Assembly (NCBI GenBank): GCA_041686375.1
Contig: JAWLEB010000014.1
Location: 5,191 to 69,190 of the forward strand
Length of the DNA stretch: 64,000 bases
Direction of reading: 5' to 3'
Source: Bacteroidales bacterium
GTDB lineage: Bacteria; Bacteroidota; Bacteroidia; Bacteroidales; UBA12077
The position numbers were made by a program, and so were the translations under genes. Positions 10,957 through 20,353 of the stretch are shown here, piece by piece. The stretch's first letter is position 1; each line of letters begins with the position of its first letter. Below the pieces are notes generated by a model. It made no database searches. It was not told the DNA's origin and saw nothing but the letters and a program-made list of their open reading frames with translations.

Positions 10957-12033
10957 ATGGACGAATACTATATTCTGGCCATCAATCCGGGCTCAACATC
11001 CACGAAAATAGCAGTTTTCAAAAATGCTAAATCGACTTTTCTGAAAAACATTAAGCATTCTACTGAAAACCTTAAAGAATTTAGGAAAATTGTCGATCAG
11101 TTTCATTTTCGAAAAGAGGTAGTTCTGGATGAACTAAAAAACACGGATATAGAAATTAAAAATATTGCTGCTGTTGTGGGCAGAGGTGGACTTGTTAAAC
11201 CTATTGAGTCTGGTGTATACGAAGTTAATGAGGCTATGATAAAAGACCTGAAAGAGAGTCCACTTGGCGAACATGCCAGTAATCTTGGAGGGCTTATAGC
11301 TTCAGATATTGCAGAATCACTCCCTAAAACAAGAGCATTTATTGCTGATCCGGTAGTGGTTGATGAAATGCAGGATATAGCAAGGGTTGCAGGTCATCCA
11401 AAATTTAAAAGACATTCAATATTTCATGCTTTGAATCAAAAAGCCATCGCCAGAACACATGCAAATTCACTTGATAAAAAATATAAAGAGCTAAACCTTA
11501 TTGTTGCTCATTTGGGTGGAGGAATTTCTGTAGGGGCACACCATAAGGGAAAAGTTATCGATGTAAATAATGCCCTTGACGGAGACGGACCCTTTTCACC
11601 TGAAAGAAGTGGTTCTCTGCCTGTAGGCCAACTGGCTAAGTTATGCTTTAGTGGAGAAGTAACTTACAATGAAGTGAAGAAAATCATTAAAGGTCAGGGC
11701 GGATTAGTTGCATACCTGGGGACTAATGATGCTTATGAAGTTGAAATGATGGTAAGGGATGGTAATGAGAAAGCTAAATTAATACAAGATGCATTGGCTT
11801 ACCAGGTAGCAAAGGAAATTGGATCATTAGCTTCTGTACTTAAAGGAGAAGTAGACGGCATATTGTTAACAGGAGGAATGGCACATAATCCTTTATTAGT
11901 AGACTATATTCGCAATATGGTTGATTTTATTGCTCCTCTTACTGTTTATCCTGGAGAAGATGAAATGACGGCACTGGCAATGAACGGCTTGAGGGTCATT
12001 AAAGGAGAAACAGAACCCAAAGTTTATAGGTAG
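10957..12033 (+). CDS. buk: butyrate kinase
   Basis: ILAINPGSTSTKIAVF, VAHLGGGISVGAH, LTGGMAHN. Confidence 0.92.
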   Translation: MDEYYILAINPGSTSTKIAVFKNAKSTFLKNIKHSTENLKEFRKIVDQFHFRKEVVLDELKNTDIEIKNIAAVVGRGGLVKPIESGVYEVNEAMIKDLKESPLGEHASNLGGLIASDIAESLPKTRAFIADPVVVDEMQDIARVAGHPKFKRHSIFHALNQKAIARTHANSLDKKYKELNLIVAHLGGGISVGAHHKGKVIDVNNALDGDGPFSPERSGSLPVGQLAKLCFSGEVTYNEVKKIIKGQGGLVAYLGTNDAYEVEMMVRDGNEKAKLIQDALAYQVAKEIGSLASVLKGEVDGILLTGGMAHNPLLVDYIRNMVDFIAPLTVYPGEDEMTALAMNGLRVIKGETEPKVYR

Positions 12034-12063
12034 AAGATAGGACATACTTTTTTACCATATGAC

Positions 12064-12098
12064 AATTCCCTGTGAATCGATATTCCGGGGAATTTTTG
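12064..12098 (+). terminator. rho-independent terminator after buk
   Basis: AATTCCC(12064-12070)...GGGAATT(12088-12094) stem followed by TTTT. Confidence 0.55.
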
Positions 12099-12260
12099 TG
12101 ACATTAAATTTGATTTATTTTAGTGATTTGTCTAAATGGAGTGTTTGAGTTAGGATAATATAATTTTAAGCTTCTTATTCCGTTCAATAAAAAATAATTA
12201 ATTCTATGAATTAACGATTAATATAAAACGTTTAAATAATCATTTTTTGTAGTAATAAAC

Positions 12261-12448
12261 CCTTATCCACCAGCGTAGACCAAAGGACATGGATAAACTC
12301 AGATGATACGGATTGAGCGGATAAAAGCGGATTTATTTATCAAAATTAATAATTGCCTTAAGATTCATTTCATAAATCATTTAAAATAAGCATAATAACT
12401 GCAATTTATTCAAATGAGGTAATAACTTTTAAAAAAAACAATATTCAA
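12261..12448 (+). repeat. interspersed repeat family B, copy B1
   Basis: ccttatccaccagcgtagaccaaaggacatggat...cggattgagcggataaaagcggatttatttatcaaaattaataattgccttaag...caatttattcaaatgaggtaataac...caatattcaa, then ATG(12449). Near-identical to B2 on the opposite strand. Confidence 0.85.
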
Positions 12449-13042
12449 ATGAAAAAGTATCTTGCCATAATATTGGTACTCTGTTTCATCGCATTTAACA
12501 TAAATGCCCAAAACAATAACGACAAAGACGATGAAGAGGAAGATGATAAAAAAGAATTTAAAGAAAATCTTTTTTTTGGTGGATCCTTATGGGCACGATT
12601 TGGAACTATAACGCAGTTGGAGATAGCGCCGGTGGCTGGATACCATATTTCTCCCAGACTTGATGCAGGGATAGGTTTAAGATATGTGTATTACAGAACA
12701 AGTTCTGCCTTATTGGAAAATTTTTCCGCTCATATCTATGGAGGGAGTGTTTTTACCCGGTATGTACTTATCAAAGAATTGGAAAAAATCCTTCCTTTTA
12801 ACGTGGAAGGAAGATTTACTTCACATTTTGAATATGAGGGACTGAATATGCCATCGAGAATGGCTTGGACAGAAGATTTTGCAGGAGATCGATTTTGGTC
12901 GCATAATTATCTCGTTGGCGCAGGATTACAACAAAAGATAGGTAAAAAAGCCTATTTGAATATTTTTATTCTATACAACCTTAACCAAAAGTCTTATAGT
13001 ATATACGAAAATCCAATCATACGAATCGGTGTTAACTTTTAA
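12449..13042 (+). CDS. small outer-membrane beta-barrel protein (hypothetical)
   Basis: Signal peptide (MKKYLAIILVLCFIAFNINAQ), alternating beta-strand pattern, C-terminal ...RIGVNF. Confidence 0.6.
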   Translation: MKKYLAIILVLCFIAFNINAQNNNDKDDEEEDDKKEFKENLFFGGSLWARFGTITQLEIAPVAGYHISPRLDAGIGLRYVYYRTSSALLENFSAHIYGGSVFTRYVLIKELEKILPFNVEGRFTSHFEYEGLNMPSRMAWTEDFAGDRFWSHNYLVGAGLQQKIGKKAYLNIFILYNLNQKSYSIYENPIIRIGVNF

Positions 13043-13078
13043 TATTTTTTGTGTCAAGTTTTTCAGAAAATATTGAAA

Positions 13079-13110
13079 AAGCAGACTGGAAAAGGTTTTG
13101 CAGTCTGCTT
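13079..13110. terminator. hairpin between convergent genes (best fit: dodecin terminator)
   Basis: AAGCAGACTG(13079-13088)/CAGTCTGCTT(13101-13110). On the minus strand it is followed by TTTTT. Confidence 0.6.
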
Positions 13111-13177
13111 ATGTATTTGATAATAAAATCATTACAGCACAAATATAATGCGCCCAATGTTTTATTAATCTTTCAGG

Positions 13178-13381
13178 TTAGTGCTCTACTTCAAAAGTAA
13201 TTTTTACATTGACCCGATAGGCTATAACATCATTATTATTCACTTCAGCACTCATTTCTTTAACATACACAGATTTGATGTTTTTTACACTTTTTGAAGC
13301 TTCGTTGACTGCATTTTGAACTGCATCTTCCCAACTTTTGTTGGATTTTGCTAAAATTTCAATAACCTTTAATACACTCAT
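13178..13381 (-). CDS. dodecin family flavin-binding protein
   Basis: MSVLKVIEILAKSNKSWEDAVQNAVNEASKSVKNIKSVYVKEMSAEV...VKITFEVEH matches the bacterial dodecin pattern. Start is taken at the internal Met of the track ORF 13178..13429. Confidence 0.7.
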   Translation of the reverse strand: MSVLKVIEILAKSNKSWEDAVQNAVNEASKSVKNIKSVYVKEMSAEVNNNDVIAYRVNVKITFEVEH

Positions 13382-13518
13382 AATATTTCCCTTTTTAGTT
13401 ATATTTCTAAGGTAGAAAAGAATAACCATAATGTCAATAAGAAAAATAATAAAAAAATTAAAATATCCTGTTAAGGAAAGTTATGAATACAAATAAAAGC
13501 GAACTAAAAAATTCGATG

Positions 13519-14025
13519 CTATTTGCTGTTTTGATGAAGTAAATTTTTTCTGAGATGCGCCATCCGGATTGCCGAAATCGCCGCTTCGTCACCCTTGTTT
13601 CCATATTTCCCACCAGCACGGTCTTTAGCCTGTGTAAAATTGTTTGTTGTAAGGACACCAAAAATGAAAGGCTTCTTATATTTAATGTTTAACTCGGTAA
13701 TTCCATACGTTACACTGTCGCAAACGTAATCGAAATGCTTTGTTTCCCCTTGAATAACGCAGCCTAGGCAGATATAGGTATCAAGCTTAAGGCTTTCTTC
13801 TAAAAGCTGCGCCCCTAGAGTAAGTTCAATACTTCCCGGAACACGCCTGACAACTATATTTTCTTCTTTTGCACCAGATTTTTTAAGGGTCTCTATGGCT
13901 CCATTTTTCAGTGCATCGGTAATTTCATTATTCCAGTCAGCTACAATTACACCAAATGAAAACGCTTTGGCATCAAGGTTTTTGCTGTTGTTTTTATCGG
14001 AAGATGTATGCAAATGGGTAGTCAT
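13519..14025 (-). CDS. ribH: 6,7-dimethyl-8-ribityllumazine synthase
   Basis: GVIVADWNNEIT, VPGSIELT, LGCVIQGETKHFDYV. Confidence 0.93.
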   Translation of the reverse strand: MTTHLHTSSDKNNSKNLDAKAFSFGVIVADWNNEITDALKNGAIETLKKSGAKEENIVVRRVPGSIELTLGAQLLEESLKLDTYICLGCVIQGETKHFDYVCDSVTYGITELNIKYKKPFIFGVLTTNNFTQAKDRAGGKYGNKGDEAAISAIRMAHLRKNLLHQNSK

Positions 14026-14035
14026 AACATCAAAA

Positions 14036-14764
14036 TTAGGAGTTGTGTTTCCTGATTGTCAATCTTGTAATACTTTTGTTGGCTTCTTCTTCCTGTCTGG
14101 AGTCCGGATATTTCAATTTAATTTCTTCATATAATTCAATCGCCTCTTCAAATTCTTCTTGTAATTCATAAACAAAAGCAGCTTTACTCATAAACAGAGG
14201 GGTTGTGAATTCATTCTCTTCTTTTAAGGCCTTATTATAGAATTTTAAAGCTTTATCATCTTCTCCAAGCTCCAGATAAGCATCACCAATGGCTCCGTGT
14301 TTTAGCGGTTCCAGAATATCGTCTTTCGTCTTAAAATCATCAAGATATTCAATCGCTTGATTATATTGACCGGTTTTTAAATACGAAATACCTGCATAGT
14401 AATTTGCAAGATTTGCTGACTTTGTAATTCCATATTCATCAATAATATCTAAAAAGCCCAGGTAATTACCATCACCGTTTAAGGCAAGCTGAAATGAATC
14501 CTGAGCAAAATATTGTTCAGCTCTGAACATTTGCCCCTGCGCTTCTTCTTCCATAGGGGTCTTATAATATCTGTTAAATGCCAAAAAACCGGCCACTAAA
14601 ATCAATATCACCAGAACAATTGTGGTTAATGTCTTTTGATTGTTCTCTATAAATTGTTCGGATTTACTTAAAACATTTTCTACCGTTTCAAATTGTTCCG
14701 GTGCTGCTTCTTTTTTCTTTTTACTCATTTTTATTTTTGTTTTTTTGTCTATTTTTGATTTCAA
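14036..14764 (-). CDS. membrane-anchored TPR-like protein
   Basis: Single TM (TIVLVILILVAGFLAF) followed by TPR-like helices. Sits upstream of ribH. Confidence 0.6.
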   Translation of the reverse strand: MKSKIDKKTKIKMSKKKKEAAPEQFETVENVLSKSEQFIENNQKTLTTIVLVILILVAGFLAFNRYYKTPMEEEAQGQMFRAEQYFAQDSFQLALNGDGNYLGFLDIIDEYGITKSANLANYYAGISYLKTGQYNQAIEYLDDFKTKDDILEPLKHGAIGDAYLELGEDDKALKFYNKALKEENEFTTPLFMSKAAFVYELQEEFEEAIELYEEIKLKYPDSRQEEEANKSITRLTIRKHNS

Positions 14765-14870
14765 ACTGCAAAAGTAATTTTTTTGTCTTGTAATTAATAA
14801 ATTTCAACAATAAAATTCATCTCATTTTTGCTTTTTACAGGATTATAATTTTTTGAACGAAAGATTTTTT

Positions 14871-16013
14871 ATGTATTTACAATCATTATCATTAACAAAT
14901 TATAAAAATTATACACAGGTCGATCTTAACCTGTCACCTAAAATGAATTGTTTTATAGGGAGAAATGGCGTCGGGAAAACAAACCTGTTAGATGCTGTTT
15001 ATTATTTATCTATGTGTAAAAGCTTTCTTAATCCAATAGATAATCAAAACATAAACTATACACATGATTTTTCTGTTTTGCAAGGGACTTTTATCCTGAA
15101 TGACAAAACAGAAAAAATTTATGTCAGTATTGACCGCAACAAAAAGAAAAGAGTAAAAAGGAACAAGAAAGACTACCAAAAATTGTCAGAGCATATTGGT
15201 TTTTTACCTGTGGTCATGATATCCCCTGTAGACAGTAATTTGATTCTGGGAGGAAGTGAGGAAAGGAGAAAATACATAGACAGAGTAATATCACAATATG
15301 ACAAGGACTACCTGAATGTCCTGATCCGTTATAACAGGGCTTTAAATCAGCGAAATCAACTGCTAAAATCTTTCTACGAGAAAAGATTCTTCGACACTGA
15401 AACCCTTGATTTATGGGATGAACAGCTAATTCAGCTTGGTAAGGTGATATATAAAAAACGGGTGGCGTTTACCGGTGAACTTGTTCCTGTTTTCCAGTAT
15501 TACTATGATATGATTTCATCACATAGTGAAAAGGTGGAATTGGTTTATAATTCCCACTTACATGAGGACGATTTAAGAAAGCAGCTCAGCGGTGCGCTTG
15601 AAAAAGACAGAGTCGTACAACATACGACAGTGGGTATCCATAAAGACGATCTGGATTTAACATTGGGGGGGCATCCTATAAAAAAAGCGGGTTCACAAGG
15701 ACAACAAAAAACTTTTCTTGTAGCTCTGAAACTGGCTCAATATGATTTCATAAAAAAAATTAAAGAATTTTATCCTATTTTGCTACTCGACGACATTTTT
15801 GATAAATTTGATCAGCAAAGAGTCGAACAGATTATTAAGCTGGTTTCAAACCAGAATTTTGGACAAATTTTTATTTCGGATACCAGTAAAAAACGGCTGG
15901 AAAAATTACTGAATGAGAGCGATATTAACTATCAGCTATTTAACATAGAATCTTCAGGAAAAATAATTAACAACCAAATCACCAATGAGAAGGAAAAACA
16001 CACAGAAACTTGA
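14871..16013 (+). CDS. recF: DNA replication/repair protein RecF
   Basis: Walker A GRNGVGKTNLLDA, signature GSQGQQKT, Walker B LLLDDIFDKFD. The track start at 14853 is TTG, so I prefer the ATG at 14871. Confidence 0.92.
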   Translation: MYLQSLSLTNYKNYTQVDLNLSPKMNCFIGRNGVGKTNLLDAVYYLSMCKSFLNPIDNQNINYTHDFSVLQGTFILNDKTEKIYVSIDRNKKKRVKRNKKDYQKLSEHIGFLPVVMISPVDSNLILGGSEERRKYIDRVISQYDKDYLNVLIRYNRALNQRNQLLKSFYEKRFFDTETLDLWDEQLIQLGKVIYKKRVAFTGELVPVFQYYYDMISSHSEKVELVYNSHLHEDDLRKQLSGALEKDRVVQHTTVGIHKDDLDLTLGGHPIKKAGSQGQQKTFLVALKLAQYDFIKKIKEFYPILLLDDIFDKFDQQRVEQIIKLVSNQNFGQIFISDTSKKRLEKLLNESDINYQLFNIESSGKIINNQITNEKEKHTET

Positions 16014-16275
16014 TGAAATAATTGATAGCTATCTAAAGCAGATGGATATTGATGGGAAATTGAAAGAAGTAAAGATCACTTCCTCATGGGAGGAAATTGT
16101 TGGTAAACTTATTGCCAGAAAAACCGATAAATTGTACATCAAAGACCGAAAACTTTTTGTCTATCTTAATTCATCAATTGTAAGAAATGAACTATCAATG
16201 CTGAAAGATTCTCTTCTGGGTGAATTAAATAAGAAAGCCGGGGATACCGTAATCGATGATATAATTCTTAAATAA
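15985..16275 (+). CDS. DUF721 domain protein
   Basis: 96 aa. Overlaps the recF 3' end by 29 nt, the typical recF-DUF721 pairing. Confidence 0.75.
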   Translation: MRRKNTQKLDEIIDSYLKQMDIDGKLKEVKITSSWEEIVGKLIARKTDKLYIKDRKLFVYLNSSIVRNELSMLKDSLLGELNKKAGDTVIDDIILK

Positions 16276-16280
16276 TAAAA

Positions 16281-16383
16281 TCCCCAGCCACTAACGTAGA
16301 AAAAAGCCTATGCATAAAGCATGAGGGTTCCATGGGTTGCAAAAGTCAACATATGTTGACTTTTGTAGCAATAAGTCTCAGAG
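16281..16383 (+). repeat. interspersed repeat family A, copy A2 (3' module absent)
   Basis: tccccagccactaacgtagaaaaaagcctatgcataaagcatgagggttccatgg...ttgacttttgtagcaataagtctcagag ends exactly at the ndk stop codon. Confidence 0.8.
16340..16365. terminator. perfect 11-bp stem/4-nt loop palindrome inside A2, between convergent genes
   Basis: CAAAAGTCAAC-ATAT-GTTGACTTTTG. Confidence 0.5.
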
Positions 16384-16800
16384 TTAGTAAAATAATTCTC
16401 CGAAAGCAAAGAAAAAGGCTATTTCTTTATTTGCATTTTCCAGCGAATCTGAACCATGAACAGCATTTTTTCTTGTAGTCAGCCCATATTTTCCCCTTAA
16501 ACTTCCTTTATGTGCTTCATAAGGATCAGTAGACCCCATTAACTTTCTAAAATCTTCTACAGCATTGTTTTTTTTAAGAACTATTGCAGCAACCGTTCCA
16601 GAACTCATATATTCAACCAGTGGTTTATAAAAAGGTTTACCCTTATGAATACTGTAAAAGGATCCCGTCTGTTCTTTAGTCATCCTCAGGGTCTTAATAG
16701 ATAGAATATAAAATCCGGCATCACAAATGTCATTCAACATAGAACCAAGTAAGTTTTCGTTAAAAGCCCTAGGTTTAATCAATGCTAAAGTCTTTTCCAT
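16384..16800 (-). CDS. ndk: nucleoside-diphosphate kinase
   Basis: TLALIKP, NAVHGSDS. Confidence 0.93.
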   Translation of the reverse strand: MEKTLALIKPRAFNENLLGSMLNDICDAGFYILSIKTLRMTKEQTGSFYSIHKGKPFYKPLVEYMSSGTVAAIVLKKNNAVEDFRKLMGSTDPYEAHKGSLRGKYGLTTRKNAVHGSDSLENANKEIAFFFAFGELFY

Positions 16801-16932
16801 ACTATAAATTTTAAAATATTTTCTTCTAAAATAGAAATTATTCTACATTTAACTAATTTAATTGTAAATATTTTAAATTTGAAAATTTTACATGAATTAA
16901 GTTTAAGATAGATCAAAAGTCAAAAAATACGA

Positions 16933-17964
16933 ATGACAAATATTAATAATGAAAATATTAAAAAGGTTAATGAATATTTAAAAGATAAAAAAAATATTCT
17001 GATTATAACCCATTACAACCCGGATGGAGATGCAGTTGGATCCTCCCTGGCGTTGTACAGCTTTTTCAAAAACAAAGGCTTTAACGTTGATGTAATTGTT
17101 CCTAATGAATATCCAAAGTTTCTTCATTGGTTACCGTATAATGATAAGATAATAATTTTTAATAGTAATAAAAAACTGATAAAGAATAAATTAAAAAAGG
17201 CTAATTTACTTTTTTTTATAGATTTTAATGTCCTTGACCGGATTCAAGGCATGCATTCATTAATAAAACAAACTAACATTCCGAAAATTCTGATAGATCA
17301 TCATCCGGAACCGGAAAATTCTTTTGACATCACAATTTCATCTACTGTAGTAAGCTCAACAGCAGAATTATTGTATGAATTTATGACAAAATTGTCAGGG
17401 GAAGAAAGTATAGATCAATCTATTGCTGAATGTCTTTATACTGGTATAATGACCGATACCGGCTCTTTTAGTTATAATTCTTCTCTTCCGGACACTTACT
17501 ATGTTGTATCCAAACTTTTAGAGAAAGGAATTGATAAAGATAAAATTTACTGGAATGTTTATGATAATTATTCCACTGATAGAATGAGACTTTTGGGTTA
17601 TTGCTTAAATAAAAAAATGAAGGTTATTCCTGAATATGCAACTGCATATATCAGTATTTCTGCTGATGAACTTAAAAGTTTTAATTACCGGCCTGGCGAT
17701 TCTGAAGGGTTTGTTAACTTTCCGCTATCCATTAAAGGAATAGTCTTTTCTGCAATTTTTATTGAACGGGAAGACCATATCAAAATTTCTTTTCGATCCA
17801 AAGGAAGTTTTAATGCTAATAAATTTGCAGAAAATCATTTTAATGGAGGTGGGCATAAAAATGCTGCAGGTGGCTATTCTGAACAAACGATGGATAAGGC
17901 CAGAGGTAAGTTTGTAGGGTTATTGGCAGAATACAAGGATAAACTTTTAAACAAGAGAATATAA
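16933..17964 (+). CDS. nrnA: DHH/DHHA1 phosphoesterase (oligoribonuclease/pAp phosphatase NrnA-like)
   Basis: HYNPDGDAVGS, LIDHHP, GGGHKNAAGG. Confidence 0.85.
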   Translation: MTNINNENIKKVNEYLKDKKNILIITHYNPDGDAVGSSLALYSFFKNKGFNVDVIVPNEYPKFLHWLPYNDKIIIFNSNKKLIKNKLKKANLLFFIDFNVLDRIQGMHSLIKQTNIPKILIDHHPEPENSFDITISSTVVSSTAELLYEFMTKLSGEESIDQSIAECLYTGIMTDTGSFSYNSSLPDTYYVVSKLLEKGIDKDKIYWNVYDNYSTDRMRLLGYCLNKKMKVIPEYATAYISISADELKSFNYRPGDSEGFVNFPLSIKGIVFSAIFIEREDHIKISFRSKGSFNANKFAENHFNGGGHKNAAGGYSEQTMDKARGKFVGLLAEYKDKLLNKRI

Positions 17965-17971
17965 AGTGGTT

Positions 17972-18553
17972 ATGAAAAAACGCAAGTATATTTATTGGGC
18001 TAGTGGTATAGGTTTGTTGCTTGTCATTATAATTTTTTTTAGTATTTATACATCTTATTTTCAAAGCAATAGAATACCTATTCAAAGTAATAAACAAAGG
18101 CCATCCCATTCCATGCAATATTTAGAAAATATAAATAAATTTTTGCACGAAAAAGATAAAGAGCGTATAAATAGCTTTATAGAGCGCAGAGGTTGGGAGA
18201 TGTCTACTACTGAATCGGGATTATGGTATCAGATTGAGGAGAAAGGTGATGGACAAGACATTAATATTGGTGATTATGTGAAATTAGATTATGAAATGAG
18301 GTTGCTTGATGGGGACTTATTATATTCTTCCAGGAAAGATGGAAAAAAGGTAGTACAAGTGGGAAAAGGTAAGAATATAAAAGGATTACATGAAGGGTTG
18401 CAGCTTCTAAATGAAGGTGATATTGCGCGATTCATAATACCTCCACATTTAGCATATGGATTAATTGGTGATGGAGAAAGAGTTCCTGCAAAGGCAATTT
18501 TATATTATAAACTTGAAGTTTTAGAAGTTGCCGGTACCAAAATTCAACCTTAA
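17972..18553 (+). CDS. FKBP-type peptidyl-prolyl isomerase
   Basis: GDYVKLDYEMRLLDG, IPPHLAYG. N-terminal TM anchor. ATG lies 6 nt inside the GTG-start track ORF. Confidence 0.85.
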   Translation: MKKRKYIYWASGIGLLLVIIIFFSIYTSYFQSNRIPIQSNKQRPSHSMQYLENINKFLHEKDKERINSFIERRGWEMSTTESGLWYQIEEKGDGQDINIGDYVKLDYEMRLLDGDLLYSSRKDGKKVVQVGKGKNIKGLHEGLQLLNEGDIARFIIPPHLAYGLIGDGERVPAKAILYYKLEVLEVAGTKIQP

Positions 18554-18609
18554 AAGTTTTGCATTAATCGTTAATTCATTATATTTTTAGTGAATTAAAA
18601 ACAATCATC

Positions 18610-19488
18610 ATGGTACAGAAAAGCGTTTATTTCCTTATTCTACTGTTTATTGTGTCAGCTTGTAAAGAATCATCAAAATATCCCGGATATTCAAAGTCTG
18701 AATCGGATATCTATTACAAACTTCATGCTTTCAGTGAAAGTGAAAAACAGGTAAATCCAGGAGATTATATTACTACTGATATTTCTTATGAGACAATGGG
18801 CGATTCACTCTTTTTTGAAGGAAGACGAAAATTTCAGGTTTCAGAGCCTGAGTTTGAAGGTTCTGTTGATGACTGCTTTCTAATGATGAATAAAGGAGAA
18901 AAAGCCACTTTTATTCTTCCTGCAAAACAATTTTTTAATGCTACTCTGGAAACTGATCTTCCTCGTTTTCTGGATAGCATGGATAGTCTTAAGATAACTG
19001 TCGACATGCTTGAAGTCCAACGACAAGATGAATTTTTAAAAGAAAAGGAAGCGTTTTTAAGCTGGATTGATGATTTTGGAGAATACGAAAAAGTACAGTT
19101 GCAACAGTTTTTAGAAGAACAAGCAATAAATGCTTCACCAACCGAGTCGGGCATTTATCACCTGGTGCTGGAAGAAGGTACGGGCCCTGAGGTTAAGGAA
19201 GGAGATACCGTATTGGTACATTATGAGGGTAAATTTTTAAATGGGAAGTTTTTTGATTCTACAAAACAAAGAAAACAACCATTTGAATTTGTCTATGGAC
19301 AAGAAATGCAAGTTATTGAAGGAATGGAAGAGGTGATTGGTTTAATGAGAGAAGGAGAAACTGCGCTGGCCATTTTTCCTTCTGATGCAGCATTTGGGAA
19401 AAGCGGTTCATCTACAGGTATTGTACCTCCATACACTTCTGTAATATATCAGGTTACTTTATTAGATGTTAAAAAGCGTAAATCTTGA
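18610..19488 (+). CDS. FKBP-type peptidyl-prolyl isomerase lipoprotein
   Basis: Lipobox (IVSAC). C-terminal FKBP domain GDTVLVHYEGKFLNGKFFDS...FGKSG. Confidence 0.85.
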   Translation: MVQKSVYFLILLFIVSACKESSKYPGYSKSESDIYYKLHAFSESEKQVNPGDYITTDISYETMGDSLFFEGRRKFQVSEPEFEGSVDDCFLMMNKGEKATFILPAKQFFNATLETDLPRFLDSMDSLKITVDMLEVQRQDEFLKEKEAFLSWIDDFGEYEKVQLQQFLEEQAINASPTESGIYHLVLEEGTGPEVKEGDTVLVHYEGKFLNGKFFDSTKQRKQPFEFVYGQEMQVIEGMEEVIGLMREGETALAIFPSDAAFGKSGSSTGIVPPYTSVIYQVTLLDVKKRKS

Positions 19489-19565
19489 AAACATTTATTT
19501 TATCTTTTCTGTTATAAATATTTTAATTTTACTTCTTAATTTTAAAAATTAAAATTTAGAATATT

Positions 19566-20312
19566 ATGAGTTTACTCAAAGGAAAAACAGCATTGATTAC
19601 TGGCGCAGCCCGAGGCATAGGTAAAGCTATAGCTCTGAAATTTGCAGAAAACGGAGCAAATATAGCCTTTACCGATCTTAACTATGGTGAGAATGCTAAA
19701 AGTGTGGAAGAAGAAATTAAAAAAACAGGTGTTAGAACAAGGGGATATGAATCTGATGCCAGTGATTTTGAAAAAACACAGGAAGTAGTTAATAAAGTGG
19801 TAGAAGATTTTGGTCAAATAGATATATTAGTTAATAATGCAGGGATTACCAAAGATACATTGTTAATGCGAATGACTGAGGAACAGTGGGATGAAGTAAT
19901 AAAGGTGAACCTGAAATCCGTATTTAATTTTTCAAAAGCTATTCAACGCCAAATGCTTAAGCAAAAGTTCGGTTCAATAATTAATATGAGCTCAGTAGTT
20001 GGAGTAAGTGGTAATGCCGGACAATCAAATTATTCTGCCTCCAAGGCTGGAATAATAGGTTTTACAAAATCCATATCCAAGGAGCTGGGATCCAGAAATA
20101 TCCGGGTAAATGCTATAGCGCCCGGGTTCATTATTACGGACATGACAGGTAAATTACCTGATGAGGTCAGAAAAGACTGGGAAAGCAAAATACCTCTCAG
20201 AAGAGGCGGAAAACCGGATGACGTAGCTAATACGGCATTATTCCTTGCAAGCGATCTTTCTTCATATGTGACTGGACAAGTTATTAATGTCTGTGGAGGA
20301 ATGAATACTTAA
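19566..20312 (+). CDS. fabG: 3-oxoacyl-[ACP] reductase
   Basis: TGAARGIGKAIA, NNAGIT, YSASKAG. Confidence 0.92.
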   Translation: MSLLKGKTALITGAARGIGKAIALKFAENGANIAFTDLNYGENAKSVEEEIKKTGVRTRGYESDASDFEKTQEVVNKVVEDFGQIDILVNNAGITKDTLLMRMTEEQWDEVIKVNLKSVFNFSKAIQRQMLKQKFGSIINMSSVVGVSGNAGQSNYSASKAGIIGFTKSISKELGSRNIRVNAIAPGFIITDMTGKLPDEVRKDWESKIPLRRGGKPDDVANTALFLASDLSSYVTGQVINVCGGMNT

Positions 20313-20353
20313 AAAATTTAATACGAGCAGGTTGATTAAGGGCGATCCGTTAT

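Noticed and set aside
12263-12271. DnaA-box-like 9-mers in the shared 5' module of the repeats (TTATCCACC in B1, TCATCCACA in B3, TCATCCACT/C elsewhere) and GCGGATAAA in family B. This raised the idea of oriC or DnaA control, given recF, gyrA, yidC and mnmE in the window.
   Set aside because: Every instance has 1-2 mismatches to TTATCCACA. The sites are dispersed singly rather than clustered next to an AT-rich unwinding element. The long AT-rich block at 44771-45561 contains no DnaA box that I could find. No dnaA or dnaN is present.
16321-16359. Possible conserved micropeptide in family A starting ATGAGGGTTCCATGG (MRVPW...). A1 has a synonymous-looking CGG for AGG and A3 reads MRVSWDAE.
   Set aside because: Only about 5 codons are shared. 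Length and sequence after that differ between copies (8 to 12 codons), there are too few copies to test codon-level selection by eye, and the same bases include the palindromic CCATGG core (TTCCATGGAA in A4/A5). A non-coding explanation is equally good.
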